A DNA stretch of 47,652 nucleotides from Oxalobacteraceae bacterium UBA7693. GTDB lineage: Bacteria > Pseudomonadota > Gammaproteobacteria > Burkholderiales > Burkholderiaceae_D. The stretch covers positions 52,432-100,083 of the forward strand of contig DLGN01000398.1 in NCBI GenBank assembly GCA_002482715.1, read 5' to 3'. This document shows, piece after piece, positions 1-10,800 of the stretch (within the stretch, counting starts at the first letter, position 1; every line of letters begins with the position of its first letter). The position numbers were made by a program, and so were the translations under genes. The notes under the pieces are model-generated. The model made no database searches. It was given only the letters and a program-made list of their open reading frames with translations, and was not told where the DNA came from.

Positions 1-1197
1 TCCTTGCCGATGACCCGGCTTGCGCACCCCGGATTGACATGGTGGTATTTGTCATCCAACCGTTGGCGCAAAATGCAGCAAGCAAATATTCTTGATGATT
101 CAAGCTATGGATTCATGACCAGCGGCATCGTGCAATTTCAAATCCCTGACGATATTGACCAAAACAACACCATCATGCCGACTGGGCTGTATTGGCTGGC
201 GGTTTCGGCTGAGCTTGGTTTGGAAAGATTCTGCAGCTTGTATGGCGTGTTTGCACAAGCGATCAAAGTGATCTGGTCACCAGAGGATGGTAAAAAACCT
301 GCGCCCACTTTACCGGCATTTAGTATCCACCGAAGCCGTAGTCAAATAGCCGGTCTTGCACGCGTGCTACAAATCCGTCGCAGCTTTAGCGGACGCGCCG
401 AAGAAACACAACAACAGTTTCGCGTCCGTGCGAGTGAACGACTCAAGCATAAAAATCGTGCATTGACTACAGCAGATTACGAACAACTCATCTTAGAAAA
501 GTTCCCGCAGGTGTTTAAGGTCAAATGCTTTCCCCATTTGTGTGTGGATCAACATCCGCAACGACGCCTTCGTCCTGGCCATATTTTGATTGTTCCGATT
601 CCACATTTAAGTAGCGGTGGTCATGCGAATCAAAAACCTAGTTTAAGCGGACATCTGATACAGGAAATTCAAGCCTATATTCAACAATATGCCCCTGATG
701 ATGTTCGCATTAGCGTAGAAAATCCAGTCTATGAAGAGATACAGGTTCGCTGCACGGTGAAACTAAAGACAGCGTATTCCAATAGTCGCTTTGCTGGGAG
801 TTATATCGAAGAAATCAATCAGGCAATTTGTCATTATCTGTCACCTTGGGTGCAGCAAGGTCAACTGCAACATTTTGGTTGGTCAATACAACAGCACAAC
901 ATCGTCGCGTTTTTACATGATCTGCAATATGTAGACGAAGTCACCTCGGTCTCTTTGCTACAAATTGCACCGATTGGTGATAGCAAAGATCTGCGCTATG
1001 ACTTGCGCGACAACGCGAAGGCGGTACGCGGAGAAAAAGACTTGCTGCCGAATTATCCGTGGAGCATCGCGGTACCAATGAATGAACATTGGATCGTCAT
1101 TAGTAATCAATTTGAACAAAAACCCGCCAAGGCGATAGGGATCAACGAACTCAAAGTCGGTTCGACTTTCATTATTCCGGCAAGGAGAGAAACATGA
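1..1197 (+). CDS. eCIS baseplate J-like protein (Afp11-like), C-terminal part; 5'-truncated by the window edge
   Basis: Frame is open from base 1. Motif SFSGRAEETQQQFRVRASERLKHKNRALTTADYEQLILEKFPQVFKVKC and later 'VENPVYEEIQVRCTVKL...YLSPW' are typical of eCIS Afp11 baseplate proteins. Confidence 0.88.
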   Translation, partial: SLPMTRLAHPGLTWWYLSSNRWRKMQQANILDDSSYGFMTSGIVQFQIPDDIDQNNTIMPTGLYWLAVSAELGLERFCSLYGVFAQAIKVIWSPEDGKKPAPTLPAFSIHRSRSQIAGLARVLQIRRSFSGRAEETQQQFRVRASERLKHKNRALTTADYEQLILEKFPQVFKVKCFPHLCVDQHPQRRLRPGHILIVPIPHLSSGGHANQKPSLSGHLIQEIQAYIQQYAPDDVRISVENPVYEEIQVRCTVKLKTAYSNSRFAGSYIEEINQAICHYLSPWVQQGQLQHFGWSIQQHNIVAFLHDLQYVDEVTSVSLLQIAPIGDSKDLRYDLRDNAKAVRGEKDLLPNYPWSIAVPMNEHWIVISNQFEQKPAKAIGINELKVGSTFIIPARRET

Positions 1198-2012
1198 CAC
1201 GACGTACCAGGCAAATGTTGCAAGAGCAGTTCCAACACGGGAAGATGCCGACGGAAGAAGACTTTGGTGATCTGATTGAATCGATGCTCAATATGCTCGA
1301 CGAAGGATTTGATAAGACTCCAGAAGCAGGTTTCAAAGTCGCACAATTGCGCGATGGGAAACTGATGAGTTTTTATAAGGACATCAATATTGGTAATCCT
1401 TTATGGTCACTTGGGCTAGAGAAATCAAACAATAATCTCAGCATACAAGATAGTCGGAATCAAGCGCTGCTCACACTCTCTAGCAGCACGGGCCTCGATG
1501 GGATTCATCGTAATGCGATTGGCATCCGGCAAAATAATCCACAGTATGAACTTGACGTTGCCGGTTGGGTTGCGAACAACGGCCGGATTGGCCGGGCGGG
1601 CGAACTGGCCGTTCCAGCGGATGGGAACTGGTATGACATTACGGAAGCGATGACAGGTTGTCAGGCGTGGGAGGTGATGGCCGGTGTGGGCGCCAAAGAC
1701 AGCGATGGTCGCTATGCATTAACCCATGCTTTTGCACTCAATGCGTTCAATGCAAACGGTAGCATCAATTATCATCAAACGCACTTTGGCAATAAATGCA
1801 GCCGTATCGAGTTGCGTTGGATCAGTGAAGATATCAGCAAGCCTTTTGAATTCAAACTACAAATGCGTGTCGGTTGTTCGTTTGGCGACGAAGTTTGGAT
1901 TAAATACCATATGACTCAATTATGGCTAGACACTTTAATGCTGGAAAGTGATCAAAAACCCTTGCGTCAGCCAACCCCGCAATACGACGCAAAAGGCAAG
2001 GTGAAGAAATAA
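1194..2012 (+). CDS. eCIS short tail-fibre/adhesin-like protein (Afp13-like N-terminus)
   Basis: ATGA overlap with the upstream stop. N-terminal 'RQMLQEQFQHGKMPTEEDFGDLIES' matches the LKxxFxxGxxPTxxDFxxLID-type eCIS fibre attachment motif, and 'IGIRQNNPQYELDVAG' resembles the GIGtxxPxxxLDVxG fibre beta-repeat. Confidence 0.7.
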   Translation: MTRRTRQMLQEQFQHGKMPTEEDFGDLIESMLNMLDEGFDKTPEAGFKVAQLRDGKLMSFYKDINIGNPLWSLGLEKSNNNLSIQDSRNQALLTLSSSTGLDGIHRNAIGIRQNNPQYELDVAGWVANNGRIGRAGELAVPADGNWYDITEAMTGCQAWEVMAGVGAKDSDGRYALTHAFALNAFNANGSINYHQTHFGNKCSRIELRWISEDISKPFEFKLQMRVGCSFGDEVWIKYHMTQLWLDTLMLESDQKPLRQPTPQYDAKGKVKK

Positions 2013-2013
2013 T

Positions 2014-2307
2014 ATGACACGTCAAAACATCTCCCTTTCACTCAGTCTGGCGCAAGGCAATCTCATTTTAGAAGCACTGGCGGAACGCCCGTTCAAGCAG
2101 GTATTTGAACTTATCGGTGAATTGAATCAACAAGCGCAAATGAACTTTAGTGTTAGTGCAGTGGAGCATGACTTGGGTCAATTCGTCTTGCACCCGAATC
2201 AGCTCCGCCTGATTCTCGAAGTTTTAGGTGAAATGCCGTATAACCGCGTGCATCGTTTATTGCACAACATGCATCAACAAATGCAGGAGGCAAAAGCCGG
2301 TGAGTAG
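2014..2307 (+). CDS. Small hypothetical protein made of two tandem copies of a ~35-aa helical motif
   Basis: 1 bp after the previous stop and overlapping the next start. Halves LSLAQGNLILEALAERPFKQVFELIGELNQQAQ and LHPNQLRLILEVLGEMPYNRVHRLLHNMHQQMQ align. Confidence 0.75.
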   Translation: MTRQNISLSLSLAQGNLILEALAERPFKQVFELIGELNQQAQMNFSVSAVEHDLGQFVLHPNQLRLILEVLGEMPYNRVHRLLHNMHQQMQEAKAGE

Positions 2308-4828
2308 TCAGCATTCCATTCCACGTTTGCAGCCAGATCCAGACGAGCTTGACTTCGACGGCTTGCGTCGTCGCGGCATAGCCTTGTTGCAGGATTTATC
2401 TGGGAACCAGTGGACGGATTATAACTACCACGACCCCGGTGTCACGCTATTGGAATTGCTATGTTATGGCTTAACCGATTTGGTGTATCGCACCGATTTT
2501 GATGTCGCTGATTTTTTAAGTAATGAAGAAGGGGCAATCGATTATCAGGCGCAAGCGCTTTATCTACCTCAACAGATTTTCCCCAATCAAGCGGTCACCG
2601 ATCTGGATCTTTGTAAGTTGATCTATGATGCTCTTCCCGATGTTGAAGATGTGTGGATTCGTTCGCACAAAGATCAAGAGTCAATTGCTGGTCTGTTCAC
2701 CGTATTTATTAAACCGCACCAATCCTTGCTCAGTCGCAGCAAACTGGCGGTGACTGAATTGCAGCAGACTTTACGGCAGCAAGTCATACAACTGCTGTCG
2801 GCACAACGTAACTTGGCCAGAGATCTGGACGAAATTCATATCATCAACCCAAGCATGTTCACGCTGGCCGGAGAAATCGAAATTGACGACAGCAGGCCTC
2901 GTGCAGAAATCTATGCAGATATCTATTTTCGTTGTGCCAAACTGATCTCCTCCGGCAGCCAGATTCTGCGTTTTGAAGAAGCTTTGCGCACAGGAATGCG
3001 TTGGGAGCTACTGTTCACTGGCCCATTAACAAATCGCGGCTATATCGACGAATCAAGTTTTTTAGATGAGAGTTATGATATTGACGTCGTCAAATTGATT
3101 ACGCTAGTACGTCATATTGCCGGGGTAAAAAATGTACGCTCACTGGTATTAATCGATGAAAACGGCCAAGTTCATGAACACTTGCAATTTGACCACAGTG
3201 ATGCAAATTGTCCGGTGCTGCAATTCCCCAAAGATCCGCAACAAATTCATGCGCTGCATTTAGTCCATGGTAGAAGTCAGCATGCAACGCTCAATACCGA
3301 CCCATTACTAGCAATCAAATCACTAAGCCATGAATCACAGCGTGAAGTACTGGCGTTTAATGAACAAGTCAGTTTATATCTGAAAAAATATGAATTTGAA
3401 TACGATGCATTTCGTCGTAACCGCAGTGATTTCAACAAAATCGTGCAGCTACCAGAAGCACAGTATCGTGATTTTTCTGGCTATTGGTCGATCGGCGAAG
3501 ATACGCCAGCGATCTATGGGATCAACCACTTTGGCGTTCCCAAATCAGAACCGCCAGAAGTCCATGCAAGAGCAAGACAACTAAAAGCCTATCTTTATCC
3601 ATTTGAACAGCTGATGGCAAACTATCTGGCGTCGCTTCAGGACCTGCGTCAATTGTATTCAGTTGATGCGCAACTAGACCGTAGTTACTTCTCACAATAT
3701 TTAAGTGAGGCGCAGGTGCCGAATCTGGAAGTGCTATATAGCGCAAACGCCAATCCATATGAAGTTGCCAAAATTCTGCGTGAACAAGATCAATTCGAAG
3801 ATCGTCGCAATCGTGTGCTTGATACCTTGCTCGCGATCTATGGTGAGCAATTTCCAAGTGAAGAGCTGAAACGATTTGATTACTATCATCAAGATTGTTT
3901 TGAGCATCATCTGATTCAATCAAAAATCCGCTTACTCAAACAATTATGCGAACTAAGCAGTCAACGTGGTAATGCCAGCAATCTGCAAGAAAAGTGGGAT
4001 GGTAATAATCTGGCGACGCTACAGAAACGTATTCGCATCCTTAGCGGTGGCGCCATCGAACCCTTGTCACATTCATTGATTCAACATTTACAAAGCGAGC
4101 ATAAGCTGATCAGCGATCTACGTTATGCCGCGCTATTGCAAAAACAAATTGGCATACCACAACAGATAGATCCCGCGCAGTTGATTTCGATCGCAAAAAA
4201 TCCTACGCCAGATCAGCAACTGGCGTTTAAATTACCGCACGGAGCGATTTGCGAAGCTTTACTCAAATTTGGCATCTGCTGGGAAAATTATCAGGCACTT
4301 GCCAGCAGCGAACATCATGTCTGGTTATGTCTGCGAGTTGCAGTCGATCAGTATTGGCCATTGTGCTTATTACCTAAAAATGAACTGAGCGATTTTCTCG
4401 CGCAGTTGATCGCCTATCTAGCGTCGATCAGCTTACAAACTGAGGGCCTTCATTTAGTCGAGCATGTGTTGTTGCGACCACGTTCCAGCACCCATCAACG
4501 AGAGATTGAATTTGATTTTTATGCACACAGAGTCAGTATCATCCTACCCGGATTTACCGCGCGCTTCACCGATATAAAGTGTCGACTCTGGATAGAAAAT
4601 CTGATCGCTCAACATCTGCCCGCACACATCATGCCGGAATTTATCTGGCTAGATTTCGCCTTTCTCGCACAGTTTGAACTACGTTATCAGCAATGGATGG
4701 ATCAATTGCAAACCTATGCCAATCATGGTTATCAAGGCGACGTGACGGCATTGGATCGAAGCGCAGATCAGGTTATCGCATTCTTGAAAAAGAATCGACA
4801 CCCGCAAGCAAACCGATATTGGATCTAA
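2300..4828 (+). CDS. eCIS baseplate protein (Afp12-like)
   Basis: GTG start at 2300 with AGGAGG RBS at 2285-2290 (ORF track starts at 2228). Diagnostic 'DFDGLRRRGIALLQDLSGNQWTDYNYHDPGVTLLELLCYGLTDLVYR', 'ARQLKAYLYPFEQLMANY', 'EGLHLVEHVLLRP' and 'LPAHI'. Confidence 0.9.
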   Translation: MSSQHSIPRLQPDPDELDFDGLRRRGIALLQDLSGNQWTDYNYHDPGVTLLELLCYGLTDLVYRTDFDVADFLSNEEGAIDYQAQALYLPQQIFPNQAVTDLDLCKLIYDALPDVEDVWIRSHKDQESIAGLFTVFIKPHQSLLSRSKLAVTELQQTLRQQVIQLLSAQRNLARDLDEIHIINPSMFTLAGEIEIDDSRPRAEIYADIYFRCAKLISSGSQILRFEEALRTGMRWELLFTGPLTNRGYIDESSFLDESYDIDVVKLITLVRHIAGVKNVRSLVLIDENGQVHEHLQFDHSDANCPVLQFPKDPQQIHALHLVHGRSQHATLNTDPLLAIKSLSHESQREVLAFNEQVSLYLKKYEFEYDAFRRNRSDFNKIVQLPEAQYRDFSGYWSIGEDTPAIYGINHFGVPKSEPPEVHARARQLKAYLYPFEQLMANYLASLQDLRQLYSVDAQLDRSYFSQYLSEAQVPNLEVLYSANANPYEVAKILREQDQFEDRRNRVLDTLLAIYGEQFPSEELKRFDYYHQDCFEHHLIQSKIRLLKQLCELSSQRGNASNLQEKWDGNNLATLQKRIRILSGGAIEPLSHSLIQHLQSEHKLISDLRYAALLQKQIGIPQQIDPAQLISIAKNPTPDQQLAFKLPHGAICEALLKFGICWENYQALASSEHHVWLCLRVAVDQYWPLCLLPKNELSDFLAQLIAYLASISLQTEGLHLVEHVLLRPRSSTHQREIEFDFYAHRVSIILPGFTARFTDIKCRLWIENLIAQHLPAHIMPEFIWLDFAFLAQFELRYQQWMDQLQTYANHGYQGDVTALDRSADQVIAFLKKNRHPQANRYWI

Positions 4829-4833
4829 GTATC

Positions 4834-7800
4834 ATGCGCAGCGCCAACCGTATTCATGATTTAGTATTTGACCTGTCGTTTACCGACATACAGGCCGATG
4901 CGAGCGCATGGGCGGACTGGATCAAAGCCATATTATTACCTGTGATTGATGAGGTGATCGAACAGCAATGCCGTGAACTCAATATACAGGTACATCAGAT
5001 ACGTCGCTTAGAATCAATAGAGCTCGATCTGGGCACGGTACTTCAGGCAGAATCAGAACGTGAACTCAGTCGTCGCTTACACGAACAGTTAAGTAATAGT
5101 TTGCGTTTGCAACTGGCAAAAGTTGCTGGACAAAACCAGCAGCAAGAACAAGCGGAAAACGCGCATACTGAGTTTTTGCATTTTCTGAAAACCGGGCAAT
5201 TAAAATGGGAACGATTAAGTGAGGCAAAATATGCACACAAACGTCTATTGCAAGAGATCGTCAAATCAAAAACAGCACCACTACCTTTACAAGATATCAC
5301 CCGTGATAGCCGTCAGTTAGGTCGTCTATTAAAACAGTTTGATGCAAGCGATTTGTTCCAAATTACGCGCATGGCTTTGAAAGCCTGGTCGCGCGAAGAG
5401 CAAGACCTCATGCTAGATTGGCTAGGATTAGAATTTTTAAATTTGCAGACCAAACATTCCGAACAAGCTGCGATAGAAAAGCTGTGGCGCTTCATTTTGC
5501 CATCAATACAAAATCGTATTAATGCCTTCTCTGAGATCGCCCAAGCATGGATGGAATCACAGGGAGCGAGCATAACGACACTCAAACCAGAATACCAACA
5601 ATTAATCGAAACGCATACCGCCATTTCAGCGCAAACTCGCCACGCTTTAATGCAAGTGATCGAACAGCTCAGCGCGAAACTCAATAGCACACAAACATTG
5701 CCATCGATATCGCCAACATTCGACATCGCAGCACCCGCCAGCTTAACAACAGACCACGTTTTTGCACGAAGCAGAAATGACGAGATACAAGATGAAGAGG
5801 TAAGGAAGCTGAGCCAACAATTTCGCGAGGAAATCGCTGAAGCCAGAAACCCTATGCACAGCAACGTAGATGCTGAATCTGCTGCAGCTTCGAAAACCAA
5901 TTTTGAATTTTCCGCATCTCATCAAAGCGCATTCGAGCAAGCTGACTATGTCGCATTAGCATCAGAATGGTCAGCTCTGATGCTATTTTGTGAACCGGAA
6001 ATTCGACAATTGCAAGCGAGTTGCTGGCAAGTTTGGTTAGAAAAATTCCCAGTACAGATGAAGCTCGATCTGATTACTTTGCTGCACCCCGATACTGCCT
6101 GGTATGTACATCGCTATCTATCAAGCGCAGACCCAAGCTCAGACCCAACTTCAAGCCCAAGTTCAGCTCCAAGTTCAAGCTCAAACTCGGACTCAGCCAG
6201 CGCCATTCATTTGTTCTCACTCGACAAAGCGACACTCGATGTAGTGATCGTTACGGCGCTGTCTTCTCGAACAGGCACGCTCAATGCTGCTGGCATTCAA
6301 GAAATCATTCATTTATTACACAAAGCGCAATCGACACGTACTGCGGAAGGTCTTGTAACGGCACACCACAACAAACAAATTAATCAAAGCAATCAAGACT
6401 ACGAACTAGTAGATACCGACGCATTATTGACGCAGGCTCTGCGCAGCGAGGACGATGTTTTACTCAGCAATGCGATTCATCTGGCAATTGACGAACAGTT
6501 CAGCCAGTTCAACCAATTGCGCGCGCAATACTGGCGCCATTGGTGGCAGCATCTCACTAGCACATCACAAGAGCACATTTTGTCGCGCTTACATCCGCAG
6601 TTGGCTACCAGTATTCCTGCAATGAAGCGGCTTCTGCAAAAGCAGTTATCCGCTAGCGCAAAAAGTGCACAGTCAGACCTGCTTACGACTAGCGGTGCAG
6701 CGATGGTAGAAGTTGAAAAACCCTTATTTGCCTATCTCTGGTCTTTCGCTCCCGGGCAGCTATCGGTCTCTAATTTTCAACAATTTTTTGTGAAATTTGG
6801 CAGTCAAAACCAATTACATCATATCGACAAAAAAAGCGATGCCGCTCTGCATGCGACACAAGACAGCGGCATCATTGAACAATTAGAACATTTGGTAAAC
6901 TGCGGTGAAGCACAACAAGTCGATGCACTATGGCGACAATTGAGCACTCAACATACAACACAAGTTCGCGCGCTTTTTCCTAAACTCAAGCGTGCGCAAC
7001 AGATGTTGATATTCGCCAAACTGGGTCAAGAGCAAGCTTTAGCATTGGCACAAATATTACAAGCACCACTCGCCAAACTCTTAGCCGAATACTTTCACAA
7101 TACGGCCGCAGTCAGAATTGCCTTAGTTGCATATGCCACTGCATTTGCCACTGTATCTGCCACCACCAATGCAGCAACAACTATCACTGAAACAGATATC
7201 CAAATACAAGAGCATCTGCGTCAGCTACTACAAGACATCATTCTGACAAACACACAAATCAGTCCCGCCAAATTTTGGCGCATGATTAATCTGGCGCACA
7301 CACTGCCTCAGCAAGCGCAGGCAGACTTAGTACCGGCGGCACGAGCGAGTACAGCAAATACCATCATAGAAAAATTACCGTATTTCAAGGCATTGCAACA
7401 ATTCGTAAGCATCCCACATTCAAATGTTGCGGCTGCTGAAATTACTACAGCCGCAGCGGTCGCGCCAACCGCAAGTACGGCATTTTCTGCAAGGACAGAA
7501 ACGCAAAACCAACAGCGTCCACATTCGCATCTTGGGACCAGGTCACATCCCGAGGCTAGACCGCACCCACTACTTGCCAGCTTTCGTGCTTGGCAAGATG
7601 GACGACTGCGCTTGGCCGATTTAGGTTTGCAACAACACGAACTTTATCAATACCTGCATTGGTGGATTTTGCACCAAGATCAGCAAGCTGCCTCGGATTT
7701 CAGCTTTATGCTAGAGAGTCTGCGCACCGCAAGTCAAGCCAGTGCGGCGCCAGAAGATCTGCTGATCTGCGCATTAGAAGCATTACGACACGGCGAAAGT

Positions 7801-10800
7801 ATTGATGTTGAGGTATTACAAAAACAAGCCTTGCAATTACAGTTAGAACGCTCGCTTGCCGAATCCTTCACGCCTTCGGAAGCAGAGCTCAGAAAATCAC
7901 TCGCTGATTTTTATTCAACTGACCAAGACAATGTGACAGCAGTAAATGCAGCAATATCAACTTCGCCTGACAAACAAGCGGATAGGATGCACAGTGAAAT
8001 TGAAGAACAAGAATTCGTCACAGCATTTTATGCCGCCCTCAATAATACGCAAGCGATGCAAGACTTTCGCCGGCAAGTCATGCCGTCCACAATCTGGCAA
8101 GAACATCTTTCTAGTCGGATACCAACACCCCAGTTGCACACGTTCTTGATACATTATTTGAACAGCATCCACTATGCGAGTCAAACAGAAAAGGCAAGCT
8201 TTCTCGATAAATTAGAACGCTACGCGTTTCAAGTCCAGGGTTTGAATGAGTACTTCGCTGATGTCATCTATAGTTTGTTCTCACGAGAAAACCAAGAACT
8301 TGAAGCGCTTGTGCAGATATGTATTGAGCGTGCAAATGTAGCAAAGCGCAACCAACAAAGCACACCAACTTCAATCATCAAACCGGTAGTTGAAACGAGG
8401 CTTGCCAGCAACTTGCCTCCAGACTTGGCGCGCAAATTGTCAGCGGCTGCCCTGCACCGCTGGATTCATCAGAGATTACAGCGGTGGATACAAGATCAGA
8501 TAAAACTAGGGATCGATAACAGCTTAACGCTCAACACGGTGCCAGCCGATGCGATTTCGCGCACCCAGCACGAGCACCTTCATTCGCAATTTCTTGCACA
8601 ACTGGAAAACCCTCAAGTTGAACAGATGGCTACTCTGCTAATCGCCTTGCAGACAAATTTGCCGAAAGATAAGCTACAAGAATTGAAACATATTTGCGCG
8701 AATCAATTTGAACTACAAGCAAGTGATTGGATAACACTAGCTTCTTGGGCTCAAAATGATAAGCACTTCACGCAAACGATACAGCAATGGCAGCGAGCAC
8801 TAGCGAATATCGACTGGGCTGCACAAACAGAGCTGAGAAATACATCGGCTACATCAAGTCCATCAAGCGCTAAAGTGTTTTTTTCCGACTCAGGTATCGA
8901 CGCTGGTAGCGAGGATGCTAGCGACTTGGGTCTCGACTTAAGTAAGAACTTCGTTACAGACGTGGATGCTGCATCAAAGACACCATCAGAAGCCGGACTG
9001 CGCGCAGGGAAGAGCTCGAAGTCCACCGCTGAACTCCATAATGAACGCCACAAAGCAGCCACGCCGAGCTTATCAACTTATCGGCAGCAGATACTCCCGG
9101 CGCAACTCGCAGAAGCGATGCTACAAGCGAATCTTGGCGGTTTGAGTTCAATTTGGCCACAACTGGTTACGCATCATCAAGACATACTGGTGCAGGCACA
9201 ACAACGTTATTTGGCAAGACGCGAATTAAGACAACTATGCATCGCAAAAAATTCAATCCCAGTTTTGCATGATTTACTTGCTAGCCTAGCCCCCGAACTA
9301 TCGCAACTATTGTCTGAAATATGGCAACAATGGGAGCGGCTCGATACAACATTAAAACAGCAGAACACACTGGCGGAATTTCAGCGACATAGTTTTCGCA
9401 TCGCCTACAACGCCGTGTTTGAACAATCATTACAACAGAAAAATTCACTCACTCAGCTAACTGCATTGGTGCAAGGAATCTATTCTGTGCACGACGAGAA
9501 TACATTAAACGATATCTTCAGCAACCTATGCTATCAACTCGATCCACGTCAGGCACCGAATTGGCATCGTATTCTGACAAAATTGCTTGCGTTAAATCAG
9601 TTCACGGCTTATGCCAAACAGGCAATCGAAAATCCAGCGTCTATACAGCAAAGCTCTGTAGAGACAACCTCGTTGCTAATGCCAGCGCAAGTCAGATCAC
9701 GACTATTTTCAATGCTCATCACTGATTCTGAAATCACTGCATCACTTGTGTCGATACAAGATCTTCCACAACTCAAGCACAGCAACCGCGATCATCCAGA
9801 TGCATCTAGTCAGACGCTAGATTGGTCATTGTTGACCGCGATGGAGAAGAAGGCCCTCCTTCAAACAGGGCTGCAACAACTCACGAAAAAGCAGCAATCG
9901 GAATTCTGGGATGCGCTGGGCAATCAATCCCACTTGAGTGCCCTAGCTTTGAACGCCTCGGTTAAACTCGATACTGGCCTAGCAACTGAACTCACAACCA
10001 AAATCACGACTAAGCCGACGACCGAAAATATCAACAAGGTGCAACAACCGCATTTAGAGTCTGCTACCGATATCGCATTGGCTGAAGCAATCAAGCTCTT
10101 TGAGGTGATTACTTCATCGGGGACGGATTTCGTACGTGGCGATATCGATTTAGTAGCATCCACGCATCAAGAACAAACCCTCAGCCTGGCCGAACAAGAA
10201 ACTTTGTGCACCATCATGTTACGAAGCCACGCAAGTTTCAGCACTGCGGAACGGGCTTTTTTTCAGCACAGCTTACATCAACTACTGTCTGCCTCAAATT
10301 ATGCATTCACAACAATCCCGCATGTGCTACAAGAAGCAAGAGGAATTGCACGCTTGTGTGAACTAGCAACAACGATACAACTAGAAGCACTGTTTAAACG
10401 TCTGCACACAACAATCCATGCGCAATTACCAGGATTGCTGTACAGATTGGAAAAAGCACTACTGATCAATCTGCGTTCGTCACCGTCTTCGCCGTCCAAA
10501 CATAACCTTATTGGCTTACATCATGCGTGTTGGCACGCCATATATACCGCAAGTGCCTCGATCAAGCCACCAATCCATGTATTGCAATTTACCACCGCGC
10601 TACTTGAGCAGCTTCTTGGACAAGCGTTAGATCAGCTAAAGCCAAGACTTGAACACAATAAACGTGCAGAAAACGTTCGACAATGTCTCGACAAACTTGC
10701 TCATTTTGATCAACAACTATCCTTACAACTCACACACAAAAATTCGCCAGAAGCAATGCCAACAGTCAATCAACAAGAGCAAGTGAATAAAAAAATCCCG

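Noticed and set aside
2228-2299. N-terminal Cys-rich extension of Afp12 in the ORF track
   Set aside because: Overlaps the upstream gene; GTG at 2300 has a strong AGGAGG RBS and family similarity starts after it.
4693-4833. N-terminal extension of the tape measure in the ORF track
   Set aside because: Overlaps the Afp12 3' end by over 130 bp; ATG 4834 just after the Afp12 stop is more plausible.
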